Source: Burkholderiales bacterium (GTDB lineage Bacteria > Pseudomonadota > Gammaproteobacteria > Burkholderiales > Ga0077523). Taken from it: a stretch of 64,000 nucleotides of DNA. Location of the stretch: assembly GCA_022843925.1 (NCBI GenBank), contig JALHMS010000001.1, positions 144,294-208,293 on the forward strand. Reading direction: 5' to 3'. The first letter of the stretch is position 1. Every line of letters starts with the position of its first letter. Shown piece after piece: positions 11,593 to 22,623 of the stretch. Under the pieces are notes generated by a model, which made no database searches, was not told where the DNA came from, and worked only from the letters and a program-made list of their open reading frames with translations. Position numbers and translations under genes: made by a program.

Positions 11593-12249
11593 TCAGAACT
11601 CCGCGATGAGGGCCGGGCCCTCGTGCGGCGTGTCGTCCCAGTGCGTCAGCCGCAGACGGGTGCCGTCCCACACGAGGCGGTTGATGCTGGCGTTGTCGAC
11701 CGTGAAGGTCCGTGGGGCATCGAGGGCCATCCCGGTGGCGAGCCGATAGATCTGGTCGAGCACGCCACCGTGGGTGACGACGAGAACGGCCTCGCCGGGA
11801 TGCCGGTCCGCGATCTCGATCAGCACCTCCGCAACCCGTTCGCGCAGCACGACCAGGCTCTCGCCGTGCTCGAAGTGCACGTGCAGATCGCGGGCCTTGT
11901 AGCGCGCGAACATCTCCGGGAACCGGCGTTCGGCCTCCGCGAACGTGAGGCCCTGGAAGACGCCGAGATGACGCTCGCGGAGCCGCGGATCGGTGACGAT
12001 GTCCATCATGCGGCTGCCGGCCGTCGGCGCGGCGGTCTCGAGCGTGCGGCCGAGGTCGCTCGCGTAGATCGCCGCGAGCGGCTCGCCGACGAGGCGTGCC
12101 GCGAGCGCTTCGGCCTGCGCGCGGCCGTCGGCGTCGAGGCGGCTGTTGAGATGGCCCTGGATGCGCCCGGCGGCATTCCATTCCGTCTGGCCGTGGCGCA
12201 CGACGATGAGCCGCGTCGGCGCGGCGCGGGGGGTCAAACCGCCTGACAC
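11593..12249 (-). CDS. Histidine phosphatase family protein (phosphoglycerate-mutase-like, GpmB type)
   Basis: RLIVVRHGQTEWN catalytic motif and VVTHGGV. There is no ATG, so the GTG at 12249 (or the TTG at 12237) is the likely start, overlapping the rlmI stop. Confidence 0.8.
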   Translation of the reverse strand: MSGGLTPRAAPTRLIVVRHGQTEWNAAGRIQGHLNSRLDADGRAQAEALAARLVGEPLAAIYASDLGRTLETAAPTAGSRMMDIVTDPRLRERHLGVFQGLTFAEAERRFPEMFARYKARDLHVHFEHGESLVVLRERVAEVLIEIADRHPGEAVLVVTHGGVLDQIYRLATGMALDAPRTFTVDNASINRLVWDGTRLRLTHWDDTPHEGPALIAEF

Positions 12250-13481
12250 AGCAGCCCCTTCAGGTATTCGCCCTCGGGGAAGCCGAGGCTCACGGGATGA
12301 TCCGCGGCGGCGCTCATGTGATGCAGCAGCCGCACGTTCGTCCCGGCATCGGCTGCAGCGCCCGCGACGATCTTCTGGAAGAGATCGCGCGACACGCCGC
12401 CCGAGCACGAGAACGTGAAGAGCAGGCCGCCCGGCCGCAGCAGGCGCAGCGCCCACAGATTGATGTCCTTGTAGCCGCGGGACGCCCGCTCGGCCATGGC
12501 GGCGGTCGGCGCGAACTTCGGCGGGTCGAGCACGATCACGTCGAACTGGCGGCCCTGGTCGCGGAACTTGCGCAGCTGGGCGAAGACATCGGCCTCGATG
12601 AAATCGGCACGGGCCTCCGGCAGGCCGTTCAGGTGGACGTGGCGGCGCGCGGCCGCGAGGGCATCCGCGGAGCTGTCGACCGCGGTGACATAGGAAGCAC
12701 CGCCCGCGAGCGCATTCGCGGTGAAGCCGCCGGAGTAGCAGAAGCAGTCGAGCACCTCGCGATCCTCCACCAGATCGCGCAGGAGGGCGCGGTTGTCGCG
12801 CTGATCGAGATAGAAGCCGGTCTTGTGACCATGCCGCACGTCGACTTCGTACACGAGGCCGGCCTCCTCCATCGCGACCCGCTCGTCCGGCGCGCCACCC
12901 CGCAGGGCCTCGACGCGGGGCTGGATGCCCTCCAGCGCCATCACCTCGGCGTCGGAGCGTTCGAAGACACGCTCGATGCCGGTGGCGGCGACCAGCGCGT
13001 CGACGATGGCCTCGCGCCAGCGCACGGCACCGGCGCTCGAGAGCTGCACCACGAGGCAATCGCCGAACCGGTCGACGACGACGCCGGGCAGTCCGTCGGC
13101 CTCGCCGTGCACGAGGCGGATGCCGGGGCGCTCACCGGGCTCCACGATGTCGTCGCGCTGTGCCACCGCCCAGCGCACGCGCTCGGCGAAGAACGCGGCA
13201 TCGATGCGCGCGGATTCGTGGAAGTCCCACACCCGCGCGCGGATGCGCGAGTCCGGGCTGAACGCACCCCAGCCGAGGAACCCCCCCTTGGCGGAGCGGA
13301 GTTCGACGGTGTCGCCCGCGGCGGGGTCACCATCGGTCCGGGCGACAGCGCCGCTGAACACCCAGGGGTGGCGGCGCTGCAGGGAGCGCTCCCGGTCGGG
13401 GAGGAGAGTGATGCGCGGCGGGCCTGACTTGCGCCCGCCCGGGGCGGCCGGCGGCGGGGGCAGGGTCTCGGATCGGTTCAT
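12234..13481 (-). CDS. rlmI: 23S rRNA (cytosine1962-C5)-methyltransferase RlmI-like, class I SAM MTase
   Basis: PUA-like N-terminus (RRHPWVFSGAV), LDCFCYSGGF, VILDPPKF, FSCSG. The start is set at MNRSETL (ATG 13481). Confidence 0.85.
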   Translation of the reverse strand: MNRSETLPPPPAAPGGRKSGPPRITLLPDRERSLQRRHPWVFSGAVARTDGDPAAGDTVELRSAKGGFLGWGAFSPDSRIRARVWDFHESARIDAAFFAERVRWAVAQRDDIVEPGERPGIRLVHGEADGLPGVVVDRFGDCLVVQLSSAGAVRWREAIVDALVAATGIERVFERSDAEVMALEGIQPRVEALRGGAPDERVAMEEAGLVYEVDVRHGHKTGFYLDQRDNRALLRDLVEDREVLDCFCYSGGFTANALAGGASYVTAVDSSADALAAARRHVHLNGLPEARADFIEADVFAQLRKFRDQGRQFDVIVLDPPKFAPTAAMAERASRGYKDINLWALRLLRPGGLLFTFSCSGGVSRDLFQKIVAGAAADAGTNVRLLHHMSAAADHPVSLGFPEGEYLKGLLCQAV

Positions 13482-13581
13482 GGCTCTTGCACTCCTTGCG
13501 CGCGGAAGCGTTCCGCGTTCGTGTGTTGGCGGCGGCCCGGGGTCCGGGCGGCTGGTCGGGAAGCGACGCGGCGAGACGGAC

Positions 13582-14529
13582 TCATTTCGCGGGCTTCCGC
13601 CGCGCCCTCGGATGCGCGGCATCGTAGGCCTTGGCGAGATGCTGCCAGTCGAGATGCGTGTAGACCTGCGTGGTGGAGATCGACGCGTGCCCGAGCAGCT
13701 CCTGCACCGCACGCAGGTCACCGCTCGATTGCAGGAGATGCGAGGCGAAGGAATGGCGCAGCGCGTGGGGATAGACGCGGCCCTCGATGCCCCGGGCCGC
13801 CGCCCGCGCCCGCAGGCTCTTGCGCACCGTGCCCGGCGCGAGGGACCCGCCACGGCGGGACACGAAGAGGCGCCGCTCGTCGGGCGCGGCCCACCGCGGT
13901 CGCCGCGCGAGCCACCGGGCCACGGCTTCCGCCGCCTGGGTGCCCACCGGCACGACACGCGTGCGGGAGCCCTTGCCGGTCACGCGCACCGTGCGAGCGT
14001 CGAGGTCGAGGTCGTGGATCTCGAGCGCGAGCGTCTCGCCGATGCGGAGCCCGGACGAGTACACCAGTTCGAGCAGCGCGAGATCGCGGATGGCGAGATC
14101 GTCGTGTTCCGTGCCGTCGAGCAGGCGGGCGGTCTGGTCGGGTGAGAGTGTCGTCGGCAGCCGCTTGGCCGACCGCGGCGACCGGAGCCCGCGGCCCGGA
14201 TTGGCCACCAGGCCGTGATCGCGGACGAGGTAGTCGAAGAATGTCCGCCACGCCGAGAGCTTTCGGGCGAGGCTCCTGCCGCCCAGCCCCGCCCCATGGA
14301 GGCGGGCGACGAAGCGGCGGAGGTCCTGGGTGCCGAGCTCCCGCAGCGGACGCCCGGCCGCGAGCCGCAGGAGATCGCGGATGTCGCGTGCGTAGTTCTC
14401 GACGGTCAGTGGCGCGAGCCGGCGCTCCTGGGCGATATGGGCCACGAACCCGGCGAGCAGCGCTTCGGCCTCGGCGGACAGCGCCGGACCGGCATCCGCC
14501 GCACGGGGGCCCCCGGTGCGCGCGCTCAA
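13582..14529 (-). CDS. xerC: Tyrosine recombinase XerC
   Basis: It has the R..H-x-x-R..Y catalytic set (HALRHSFASHLL, LLGHASISTTQVYTH). It lies in the conserved dapF-DUF484-xerC context. The start codon is TTG. Confidence 0.9.
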   Translation of the reverse strand: MSARTGGPRAADAGPALSAEAEALLAGFVAHIAQERRLAPLTVENYARDIRDLLRLAAGRPLRELGTQDLRRFVARLHGAGLGGRSLARKLSAWRTFFDYLVRDHGLVANPGRGLRSPRSAKRLPTTLSPDQTARLLDGTEHDDLAIRDLALLELVYSSGLRIGETLALEIHDLDLDARTVRVTGKGSRTRVVPVGTQAAEAVARWLARRPRWAAPDERRLFVSRRGGSLAPGTVRKSLRARAAARGIEGRVYPHALRHSFASHLLQSSGDLRAVQELLGHASISTTQVYTHLDWQHLAKAYDAAHPRARRKPAK

Positions 14530-14566
14530 CGGGAGAACCCCATGCGTGCCATCTCCCGCGGCAGCT

Positions 14567-15223
14567 TCAAGCGGGCGGCATCAGCCTGGCAGCAGCGACG
14601 CTCACGAGATCGCCCAGGCGCTGGACGTAGAGCGTCCCGACCTGGGGGGCGAAGCGCGCAGGGTCGTCGGAGCCCAGGGCCAGCAGACCGAACGACTGCT
14701 CGATACGCAGGGCGACGTACGCGAAGGACGCCAGGTTGCCCGCACCTTCGCCGAACCAGTCCGCGGTCTCGAACATCGGGTTCGCGCTGAGGTAGGGCTG
14801 GTTCAGGCTCTCGGCGAACACGCGCACCTCGGGGCTGATCTCGCCGAATTCGGGTAGCGTGGAGCGCGCGCCGCCCCAGAGTCGGAGCGCGACGCTGGGC
14901 ACGCCGAAATCCTGCCGGAGGTTGTGATACAGCGAGGCCAGCAGACCTTCGAGATCGGTCGCCATCATGATCGCGAGGGTGATGCGGTGGAGCCGCTCGA
15001 TGGTGAGGTCGTTCTCCTGACCGAACTGGACCAGCTCGCGCAGCTTCGTCTCCAGCGTGCGGGTCTTGTCGCGCAGCGTGACGATCTGGCGCTCGGAGAT
15101 CGGGATCGCTCGGCCACCGTGCGGATGCGGCACGTAGATCTGGGCGAGCGTCTCGGCGTACTCGTCGAAGAACTCGGGATGATCCCGCAGATACTGGGCA
15201 ACGTCGTCGGGATTGAGTCGCAT
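14567..15223 (-). CDS. DUF484 (YigA-like) protein
   Basis: MRLNPDDVAQYLRDHPEFF is the typical DUF484 N-terminus, followed by a GAF-like C-terminus. The gene sits between dapF and xerC. Confidence 0.8.
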   Translation of the reverse strand: MRLNPDDVAQYLRDHPEFFDEYAETLAQIYVPHPHGGRAIPISERQIVTLRDKTRTLETKLRELVQFGQENDLTIERLHRITLAIMMATDLEGLLASLYHNLRQDFGVPSVALRLWGGARSTLPEFGEISPEVRVFAESLNQPYLSANPMFETADWFGEGAGNLASFAYVALRIEQSFGLLALGSDDPARFAPQVGTLYVQRLGDLVSVAAARLMPPA

Positions 15224-15281
15224 GGGGGTCTGGGTTTCCAAGGGGTCCTGGGGATGGGGAAGGCCGGTCAGGGGTGACCGA

Positions 15282-16145
15282 TCATGGGACGACCGACGAT
15301 GCGGCAGGCGCGTCCGGCAGATCGATCTCGCCGTCGAAGACGGTCTCGGCGGGACCGGTCATCATGACCGGAGCACCGTCGCCCTCCCATCGGACGACGA
15401 GTTCGCCGCCACGGGTGGCCACGCGCACGGGGCTGTCGAGCAGACCGCGCCGGATGCCGGCCACCACCGCGGCGCAGGCGCCGGTACCGCAGGCGAGCGT
15501 CTCGCCGGCACCGCGCTCGTACACGCGGAGGCGCACGGCGTTCCGGTCGATGACCTGCAGGAAGCCGGCGTTCACACGCTGCGGAAAACGCGGGTGCGCC
15601 TCGATGAGCGGGCCCTCGGTCGCGACCGGCGCGCGGTCGACGTCGTCCACGATCTGCACCGCGTGCGGGTTGCCCATCGACAGCGCGCTGATCTCGCGCA
15701 TGGTGCCGGCCACGTCGAGGCTGTGCGTGATCGCGGCGGCCGGCGCGTCGAACGGGATGCGTGCCGGATCGAAGATGGGCGGGCCCATGTCGACCGTGAC
15801 GCGGCCGTCGGGCTCGAGTCGCGGGACGATGACGCCGGACAGCGTTTCGACGCGGATCTCGCGCTTGTCGGTGAGCCCGCGGTCGTGGACGAAACGCGCG
15901 AAACAGCGGGCGCCGTTGCCGCACTGCTGCACCTCGCCGCCGTCGGCGTTGAAGATGCGGTAGAGGAAATCGGTGCCGGCCGTGCGGGGCGCCTCGACCA
16001 CGAGCATCTGATCGCAGCCGACCCCGAATCGACGATCGCCGATGAATCGGATCTGAGCCGGAGTGAGCGGGATCGGCGCCTGCGTGGCATCGAGCACGAC
16101 GAAGTCGTTGCCGGCGCCCTGCATCTTGGTGAAGCGCAGTCTCAT
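15282..16145 (-). CDS. dapF: Diaminopimelate epimerase
   Basis: [27 protein letters not shown] and [10 protein letters not shown] (the two catalytic Cys). Confidence 0.95.
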   Translation of the reverse strand: MRLRFTKMQGAGNDFVVLDATQAPIPLTPAQIRFIGDRRFGVGCDQMLVVEAPRTAGTDFLYRIFNADGGEVQQCGNGARCFARFVHDRGLTDKREIRVETLSGVIVPRLEPDGRVTVDMGPPIFDPARIPFDAPAAAITHSLDVAGTMREISALSMGNPHAVQIVDDVDRAPVATEGPLIEAHPRFPQRVNAGFLQVIDRNAVRLRVYERGAGETLACGTGACAAVVAGIRRGLLDSPVRVATRGGELVVRWEGDGAPVMMTGPAETVFDGEIDLPDAPAASSVVP

Positions 16146-16687
16146 CGACCGGCTGCTCCAGCTGGCAGGGGCGGCAGCGGCGCGAGCGACTTCGACATGA
16201 TGTGGTCGTCCATCACGAAGCCGTTGCCGATGTCGAACACCGCGGAATCGGTGATCTCGAAGCCGTGCTTGCGATAGGCGCCGATGGCCGAGGCATTGTT
16301 CTTGTTCACCTGGAGATAGAGTCTGTGGCATCCGAGGGATCGTGCCTCCTGTTCCACGTGCTGGAGGAGGATGCCGCCGTGACCCCGACCGCGCTCGCTG
16401 TAGCGGATGTAGAGCTTGTCGATCTTCAGCTCCCCCGGAGCGGTACCGAGCTCGTACTGCACGAACCCCGTCAGGATGCCGTCGCAATGAAGGGTGTCCC
16501 ACCACACACCCTCCTGCGATAGCTGGGCGAGGATCGTCGCCGGCGCGTAGCGCTGGGCGAGCATGTAGTCGATCTGCGGCTGACCGATGATACTCGCGTA
16601 GTGGTGCTGCCAGGTGTCGCGGGTCAGCGCGACGAGGGCATCGATCTCCCCGGCGCGCAGCGGCCCGATCTGCAGATCATCACGCAT
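16142..16687 (-). CDS. GNAT family N-acetyltransferase
   Basis: 181 aa with [10 protein letters not shown] (acetyl-CoA Q/RxxGxG/A motif) and [10 protein letters not shown]. The stop overlaps the dapF start by 4 nt. Confidence 0.8.
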   Translation of the reverse strand: MRDDLQIGPLRAGEIDALVALTRDTWQHHYASIIGQPQIDYMLAQRYAPATILAQLSQEGVWWDTLHCDGILTGFVQYELGTAPGELKIDKLYIRYSERGRGHGGILLQHVEQEARSLGCHRLYLQVNKNNASAIGAYRKHGFEITDSAVFDIGNGFVMDDHIMSKSLAPLPPLPAGAAGR

Positions 16688-16799
16688 GCATTGTCCTCCT
16701 CGTGTCCTCGATGGCTCCTGGTCCTGCCGTGTCGTCTCCGGCCCTGGAGAAGCGGCCGGAGACGGGTCTTCGCCCTGCGAACCCGCGGCCCCGGCGATA

Positions 16800-17672
16800 T
16801 CAATACACGCGGGAGGCGCCCTCGGGCCGGGTCTTGAAGCGCTTGTGCAGCCACAGATACTGCTCCGGCATCTCGAGGACGCGCGCCTCGATGAAGGCAT
16901 TCATGCGCCGGGTGTCGTCTTCCACGCTGTCGCCGGGATAATTGTCCCATGCCGGATAGGCGCGGATCACGTACCCATCGCCGCCGGGCAACTGGCGGAT
17001 CACGACCGGCACGATGGGCGCCCGGGTGAGACGGGCGATGCGCGAGAGCGCGGTGACCGTCGCGGCCTGCACGCCGAAGAACGGGACGAAGATGGAATCG
17101 CGGGCGCCGAGATCCATGTCGGGCGAGAGCTGCAGGGAATAGCCGTCACGGTAGCCCCGCAGGATCGACTTCACGCCCTCGTTGCGGGCGATGAGCTTCG
17201 CCCCGTTGAACCGCGAACGCACCCGCAGCAGGAACTCGTCGAAGAACCGGTTCTTCTGATGGGCGTAGACGGCGATGCCCCGGTATTCGAGGGTGAGCCG
17301 GATGCCTTCCAGGTCCAGGGCCGCGAAGTGCGGCACGAGGAGGATGAAGCGGCCGTCGGCGGGGACGTGATGCCAGTCCTCCAGACGCACCACGCTGCGA
17401 AGCCGCGCCTCCGACCCGAACCACGCGATGGACGATTCGAGCAGCGCGCGACCGAAGCACTGGAAGTGGCGCCGTGCCACCGACTCGCGTTCCGCGTCGC
17501 TCCAATGGGGGAAGCACAGCGCGAGGTTCGTACGCACGACGTGACGCCGCTCGCGAGACAGCAGGAAGAGGATCGCCCCGAGGCCGCGGCCCATCGGCGC
17601 CAGCACCGACAGCGGCAGGTGGTGCATCAGGCGGAAGATCCCGAGGAGGGCGCGCAGGGGGAGATCGGTCAT
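16800..17672 (-). CDS. Lipid A biosynthesis (Kdo2-lipid IVA) acyltransferase, LpxL/LpxM family
   Basis: LLVPHFAALD (H-x4-D acyltransferase motif) and C-terminal PEQYLWLHKRFK, typical of HtrB/MsbB. Confidence 0.85.
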   Translation of the reverse strand: MTDLPLRALLGIFRLMHHLPLSVLAPMGRGLGAILFLLSRERRHVVRTNLALCFPHWSDAERESVARRHFQCFGRALLESSIAWFGSEARLRSVVRLEDWHHVPADGRFILLVPHFAALDLEGIRLTLEYRGIAVYAHQKNRFFDEFLLRVRSRFNGAKLIARNEGVKSILRGYRDGYSLQLSPDMDLGARDSIFVPFFGVQAATVTALSRIARLTRAPIVPVVIRQLPGGDGYVIRAYPAWDNYPGDSVEDDTRRMNAFIEARVLEMPEQYLWLHKRFKTRPEGASRVY

Positions 17673-18535
17673 GCCGCTTCCTGGGGACGGGGAGGCGCCC
17701 GGCGCGGGGCCTTGTAGCGGTTGTAGCTCCAGAGATACTGCTCCGGGCAGAGCCGGACGACGCGTTCGACAGCCGCGTTGAGCATGGCCACCCCGTCGGG
17801 CGCCGCCAGATCGGCGTCGAGTGCCTCCAGGGACAGAACGAATCCGGCGCCCTTGGGAAGTCGTCGCGCGAATGCGAGCAGCACGACGCAATCCGTGGCC
17901 TTCTGCAGTCGACCGACCAGGGTCATCGTGAATGCGGGGCGCCCGAAGAATGGGGCCCAGGCCCCCTCACCGACGCCCGGTACCTGGTCGGGAAGCAGGC
18001 CCACGGCCTCGCCTGCGCGCAGGGCCTTCAAGAGCCGACGCACACCTGTGAGATTGGTCGGCGCGAGGGTCCCCAGACCGCCCGTGCGGCCCGCGCGGAG
18101 CAATGGTTCGAGCCAGGCGAGCTTCGGGGGGCGGTACAGGATGGTGATCGGCACTCTGCGCGCGGCGTGGAGCGCGGCGATCTCGAAGCAGCCGATGTGG
18201 GGTGTGAGGAACAGGACACCGCGACCGGCTGCGCGGGCGGCATCGACGAGTTCCCAGCCGTGGACGGCACGCATGAGCGCATCGGCCCGCTCGGGCGGAC
18301 GGAACCAGACGGCGGCGAGTTCGAACGCGCCCTTGCCGAGTTCGGCCACGACACGGCGGCGCATCCGGGCAAGATCTGCCGGGTCGCGCGCCACAGCGCT
18401 CGCTTCGAGGTTCTCGGACAGACGCCGCGCGTAGCGGGGCGAAATCAGGTACACGAGCCAGCCCGCCATCGCACCGAGCCCGTGGAGCCAGCGCAGGGGT
18501 AGCTGCGCCAGAGCGCGCAGCAGGAGTGCAAGCAT
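17669..18535 (-). CDS. Second LpxL/LpxM-family lipid A acyltransferase paralogue
   Basis: [10 protein letters not shown] (H-x4-E/D variant) and [12 protein letters not shown]. The stop overlaps the next gene's start by 4 nt. The start is trimmed to MLALLLRAL (ATG 18535). Confidence 0.8.
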   Translation of the reverse strand: MLALLLRALAQLPLRWLHGLGAMAGWLVYLISPRYARRLSENLEASAVARDPADLARMRRRVVAELGKGAFELAAVWFRPPERADALMRAVHGWELVDAARAAGRGVLFLTPHIGCFEIAALHAARRVPITILYRPPKLAWLEPLLRAGRTGGLGTLAPTNLTGVRRLLKALRAGEAVGLLPDQVPGVGEGAWAPFFGRPAFTMTLVGRLQKATDCVVLLAFARRLPKGAGFVLSLEALDADLAAPDGVAMLNAAVERVVRLCPEQYLWSYNRYKAPRRAPPRPQEAA

Positions 18536-18620
18536 CGGGGATTTCTTGTCGTCTTCGGGTCGGGCAGGGATTCTGCTAACCTCGCACGCTACCCATTCCA
18601 AACGCGCGAAGGCCAGTGAC

Positions 18621-19778
18621 ATGAGCGAGTTTCTCTTCACCTCGGAGTCCGTGTCCGAGGGCCATCCGGACAAGGTTGCAGATCAGATTTCCGATGCGGT
18701 GCTGGATGCGATCTTAGCCCAGGACCGCTTCTCCCGCGTCGCCGCCGAGACGCTCGTGAACACCGGGCTCGTGGTCATGGCCGGCGAGATCACGACGAAC
18801 GCGGTCGTCGACTATCAGCAGGTGGCGCGCGACACCATCAAGCGCATCGGCTACGACAACACCGATTACGGCATCGACTACCGCGGTTGTGCGGTGCTCG
18901 TGGCCTACGACAAGCAGTCTCCCGACATCGCCCAGGGCGTGAACGAAGGTCAGGGCCTCGACCTCGACCAGGGCGCCGGCGACCAGGGCCTCATGTTCGG
19001 CTACGCCTGCGACGAGACGCCGCAACTGATGCCTATGGCCATCCACCTCTCGCACAGGCTCGTGGAGCGTCAATCCGAACTTCGCCGGGACGGCCGACTG
19101 CCGTGGCTGCGGCCGGACGCGAAGTCGCAGGTCACCGTCCGGTACGTGGACGGCCGCCCCGACTCGATCGACACGGTGGTGCTCTCGACGCAGCACGCCC
19201 CCGAGATGACGCACAAGCAGATCGAGGAGGCCGTCATCGAGCAGATCGTGAAGCCGGTGCTGCCGAAGGAACTGATGAAGGGCGAGGTGCGCTATCTCAT
19301 CAACCCGACCGGCAAGTTCGTGATCGGCGGCCCGCAGGGCGACTGCGGCCTGACCGGTCGCAAGATCATCGTCGACACCTACGGCGGCTCGGCCCCGCAC
19401 GGCGGTGGTGCCTTCTCGGGCAAGGACCCCTCCAAGGTCGACCGCTCCGCCGCCTATGCCGCGCGCTACGTGGCGAAGAACATCGTCGGCGCGGGTCTCG
19501 CCTCGAAGTGCCTCGTGCAGGTGTCGTACGCGATCGGTATCGCGAAGCCGACCAGCATCATGGTGACGACCTACGGCACGGGCAAGGTGTCGGACGAGAA
19601 ACTTGCGGAACTGGTGAAGCAGCACTTCGACCTGCGTCCGAAGGGCATCGTGCAGATGCTCGATCTGCTGCGCCCGATCTACCAGAAGACCGCCGCCTAC
19701 GGCCATTTCGGCCGCGAAGAGCCGGAGTTCACCTGGGAAGCGCTCGACAAGGCCGCCGCGCTGAAAGCGTCGGCCTGA
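18621..19778 (+). CDS. metK: S-adenosylmethionine synthetase
   Basis: [57 protein letters not shown]. Confidence 0.97.
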   Translation: MSEFLFTSESVSEGHPDKVADQISDAVLDAILAQDRFSRVAAETLVNTGLVVMAGEITTNAVVDYQQVARDTIKRIGYDNTDYGIDYRGCAVLVAYDKQSPDIAQGVNEGQGLDLDQGAGDQGLMFGYACDETPQLMPMAIHLSHRLVERQSELRRDGRLPWLRPDAKSQVTVRYVDGRPDSIDTVVLSTQHAPEMTHKQIEEAVIEQIVKPVLPKELMKGEVRYLINPTGKFVIGGPQGDCGLTGRKIIVDTYGGSAPHGGGAFSGKDPSKVDRSAAYAARYVAKNIVGAGLASKCLVQVSYAIGIAKPTSIMVTTYGTGKVSDEKLAELVKQHFDLRPKGIVQMLDLLRPIYQKTAAYGHFGREEPEFTWEALDKAAALKASA

Positions 19779-19814
19779 CGTAGCCACGGAGTCCGCATCC
19801 CTCGGGGTGCGGAC

Positions 19815-19854
19815 GAAAAAAAATGCCGCCACGGAACCCGTGGCGGCTTTTTTC
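19815..19854. terminator. Bidirectional rho-independent terminator between convergent metK and the DEAD-box helicase gene
   Basis: AAAAAAAAT-GCCGCCACGG-AAC-CCGTGGCGGC-TTTTTTC. This is a 10-bp GC stem flanked by an A-run and a T-run. A second hairpin, GTCCGCA..TGCGGAC, lies just upstream. Confidence 0.75.
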
Positions 19855-19867
19855 TTCGTGCGTTCGG

Positions 19868-21163
19868 TCAGCGGGTACCGGTCTTCCGGGCCGGGCCCGA
19901 ACCACCTTCGCGGCGACCTTCGAAGCGCGAACCGCCGGGGCGGCCGTGACGCTGCGGGCCGGGGCGGGCGGGCGAGGCCGCGCGCTGGGTCGGCTCCAGA
20001 CCTTCGATCACCGCGACCGGGATGCGCTGGTCGGTGAAGCGTTCGATGGTGCGGATCTTCCGGATCTCGGCGTGCTCGGCCAGGGTGACGGCGATGCCCG
20101 TGCGACCGGCGCGGCCCGTGCGACCGATGCGGTGGACGTAGTCCTCGGCAGCGATCGGCAGACCGTAGTTGATGACGTGGCTGATAGTCGGAACATCGAT
20201 CCCGCGAGCAGCGACGTCGGTGGCGACCAGCACGCGCAGGCGACCCTGCCGCAGGCTCGTCAGCGTTCGGGTACGGATGCTCTGGGGCATGCCACCGTGG
20301 AGCGCTGCGACCGCATGACCGTCGGCTTCCAGCTGCTCGGCGACGCGCTCGGCATCCCGCTGGGTCGCCGTGAACACGATCGCCTGGTCGATCGTCGGAT
20401 CGGCCAGGAGCCGGTCGAGCAGACGATCCTTGTGGGAACGGCCGTCGGCCCAATGCAGGCGCTGCGTGATGTGGTCCTGGCGCTCGCGGGAGGACTCGAG
20501 TTCGACTCGCTGGGGTTCGTTCATCAGGTTCGCAGCGAGCTTCGCCACGGTGCCGTCGAGCGTGGCGGAGAAGAGCAGCGTCTGGCGGGTCTTCGGCGTC
20601 GCTGCTGCGATGGCTTCGATGTCTTCGATGAAGCCCATGTCGAGCATCCGATCGGCTTCATCCAGCACCAGCACTTCGACGCGGGAGAGCGAAAGCCGAC
20701 CGCCGTTCAGCAGGTCGAGTAGGCGGCCGGGCGTCGCGATCAACACATCGAGCGGGGCGCGCACGGCACGGAGCTGAGCGCCGTAGGGCACCCCGCCAAC
20801 CACGGAGGCAGTGCGCAGCCAGCGAAGCGAACGGCCGTAGGTTTCACAGGCACGGGTCACCTGGAGCGACAGCTCGCGGGTGGGCGTGAGCACGAGGATG
20901 CTGGGCCCGGCGCCGGCGACGGCGCGTACATCGCGGGTCACGAGGCGGTGCAGGGAGGGCAGGAGGAAGGCGGCCGTCTTGCCGCTGCCCGTGGCGGACG
21001 ACACCATGAGATCGGTGCCGGCGATGGCCTTGGGAATGGCGGCGCTCTGCACGGGCGTGGGTTCCGTGTAACCGGAGACCGCAACAGCCTGGACGAGGGA
21101 ATCATGAAGGCCGAGCGCTGCAAAGCCTTCGGCACCGGCGATGGCCGGGGCGGAATCAGTCAT
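19868..21163 (-). CDS. rhlE: DEAD-box ATP-dependent RNA helicase (RhlE-like)
   Basis: Q-motif TEPTPVQ, ATGSGKTAAF, VLDEADRMLDMGF (DEAD), SAT, HRIGRTGRAG, and an RG-rich C-terminal tail. The start is set at MTDSAPAI (ATG 21163). Confidence 0.9.
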   Translation of the reverse strand: MTDSAPAIAGAEGFAALGLHDSLVQAVAVSGYTEPTPVQSAAIPKAIAGTDLMVSSATGSGKTAAFLLPSLHRLVTRDVRAVAGAGPSILVLTPTRELSLQVTRACETYGRSLRWLRTASVVGGVPYGAQLRAVRAPLDVLIATPGRLLDLLNGGRLSLSRVEVLVLDEADRMLDMGFIEDIEAIAAATPKTRQTLLFSATLDGTVAKLAANLMNEPQRVELESSRERQDHITQRLHWADGRSHKDRLLDRLLADPTIDQAIVFTATQRDAERVAEQLEADGHAVAALHGGMPQSIRTRTLTSLRQGRLRVLVATDVAARGIDVPTISHVINYGLPIAAEDYVHRIGRTGRAGRTGIAVTLAEHAEIRKIRTIERFTDQRIPVAVIEGLEPTQRAASPARPGPQRHGRPGGSRFEGRREGGSGPARKTGTR

Positions 21164-21612
21164 GTACTTCTCCAATGCATCGGGTGCGTGCCGTCCTGAA
21201 GGGACGAGGCACCTCGGGTGAGTCGCGGTCTTCGCGACGGCATCGCCGCCAACCACGATCTCCCGATGCATATCCGGGAACGAGAAGTCAGAGCCGATGA
21301 GGAATGCGCGCTTCGCTGTCCCGTACTGCGGGACAGACCATCTGTCACTGCAGGACTGCAAACGCGAGCCGCGCAAGATACACCGGCTTGTGCGCCGCAG
21401 CAACCAGAATCTCCCGGCAGCGAGGTTCGGGGCCGTGGAGAACACCGCCGGACCCGGGCGCCCCGTGACGCCCGATCGGTTACGGGGAATTCCTGCACCG
21501 ACCACTCAGGATCACGGACCGGACAACCGTTACCGAGGATCCTTGCTCCCGGGCCGGCGAGGGGTCGGCGCCCGTGGGCTAGAATTCACCCCTTTTCGTC
21601 AAGGAGACAAGC

Positions 21613-22623
21613 ATGCCCATCCGCGTCGCCATCAACGGCTATGGCCGTATCGGTCGCAACATCCTCCGTGCCCTCTACGAGTCCGGCCGGAACGGCGAGA
21701 TCCAGATCGTGGCGATCAACGACCTCGGCAGCCCCGAGACCAACGCCCACCTCACCCGCTACGACACCGCCCACGGCAAGTTCCAGGGCAAGGTCGAGGT
21801 GACGTCCGATGGCATGCTCGTGAATGGCGAATCGATCAAGGTGTTCGCGGAGCGGGACCCGGCCAAGCTGCCGTGGAAGTCGCTCGATGTGGACGTCGTC
21901 ATGGAATGCACCGGCATCTTCACCAGCAAGGACCGCGCGGCCGCCCATCTGGCCGGCGGCGCCCGCAAGGTCATCATCTCCGCCCCGGGCAAGGACGTCG
22001 ACGCGACCATCGTGTACGGCGTGAACCACAACACGCTGAAAGCCAGCCACACCGTCATCTCCAACGCGTCCTGCACGACCAACTGCCTCGCCCCGCTGGT
22101 CAAGCCCCTGCACGAGAAGATCGGTGTCACGTGCGGACTGATGACCACGATCCATTCCTACACCAACGACCAGGTGCTCACCGACGTGTATCACGAGGAC
22201 CTCCGCCGCGCGCGGTCGGCCACGATGTCGATGATCCCCACGAAGACCGGCGCCGCCGCCGCCGTGGGCCTCGTCCTCCCGGAACTGAACGGCAAGCTCG
22301 ACGGCTACGCGATGCGCGTCCCGACGATCAACGTGTCGATCGTCGACCTCTCGTTCATCGCTGCGCGCCCGACGACCGCCGAGGAGATCAACGCGATCAT
22401 GAAGGCCGCCGCCGAAGGCGAACTGAAGGGCATCCTCGGCTACACGAAGGAACCGCTCGTGTCCGTGGACTACAACCACGATCCGCGTTCGTCCGTCTTC
22501 GACGCCACCCTGACGAAGGTCTCGGAAGGCACCCTGGTGAAAGTCTCCTCCTGGTATGACAATGAGTGGGGCTTCAGCAATCGCATGTTGGACACGGCAG
22601 TCGCCTTCGTGAACGCGAAGTAG
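21613..22623 (+). CDS. gap: Glyceraldehyde-3-phosphate dehydrogenase, type I
   Basis: [22 protein letters not shown] (catalytic Cys), [21 protein letters not shown] Shine-Dalgarno 6 nt upstream of the ATG. Confidence 0.97.
   Translation: MPIRVAINGYGRIGRNILRALYESGRNGEIQIVAINDLGSPETNAHLTRYDTAHGKFQGKVEVTSDGMLVNGESIKVFAERDPAKLPWKSLDVDVVMECTGIFTSKDRAAAHLAGGARKVIISAPGKDVDATIVYGVNHNTLKASHTVISNASCTTNCLAPLVKPLHEKIGVTCGLMTTIHSYTNDQVLTDVYHEDLRRARSATMSMIPTKTGAAAAVGLVLPELNGKLDGYAMRVPTINVSIVDLSFIAARPTTAEEINAIMKAAAEGELKGILGYTKEPLVSVDYNHDPRSSVFDATLTKVSEGTLVKVSSWYDNEWGFSNRMLDTAVAFVNAK

Noticed and set aside
13582-14529. The tyrosine recombinase as a marker of a mobile element or genomic island.
   Set aside because: It lies in the canonical dapF-DUF484-xerC housekeeping context. 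I saw no att-like direct repeats, tRNA gene or phage genes nearby. I interpret it as chromosomal XerC.
18536-18620. A possible SAM riboswitch upstream of metK.
   Set aside because: Only 85 nt are available, and they are shared with the divergent lpxL promoter. I could not recognise SAM-I, SAM-II or SAM/SAH conserved cores. An Rfam scan would be needed to change this.
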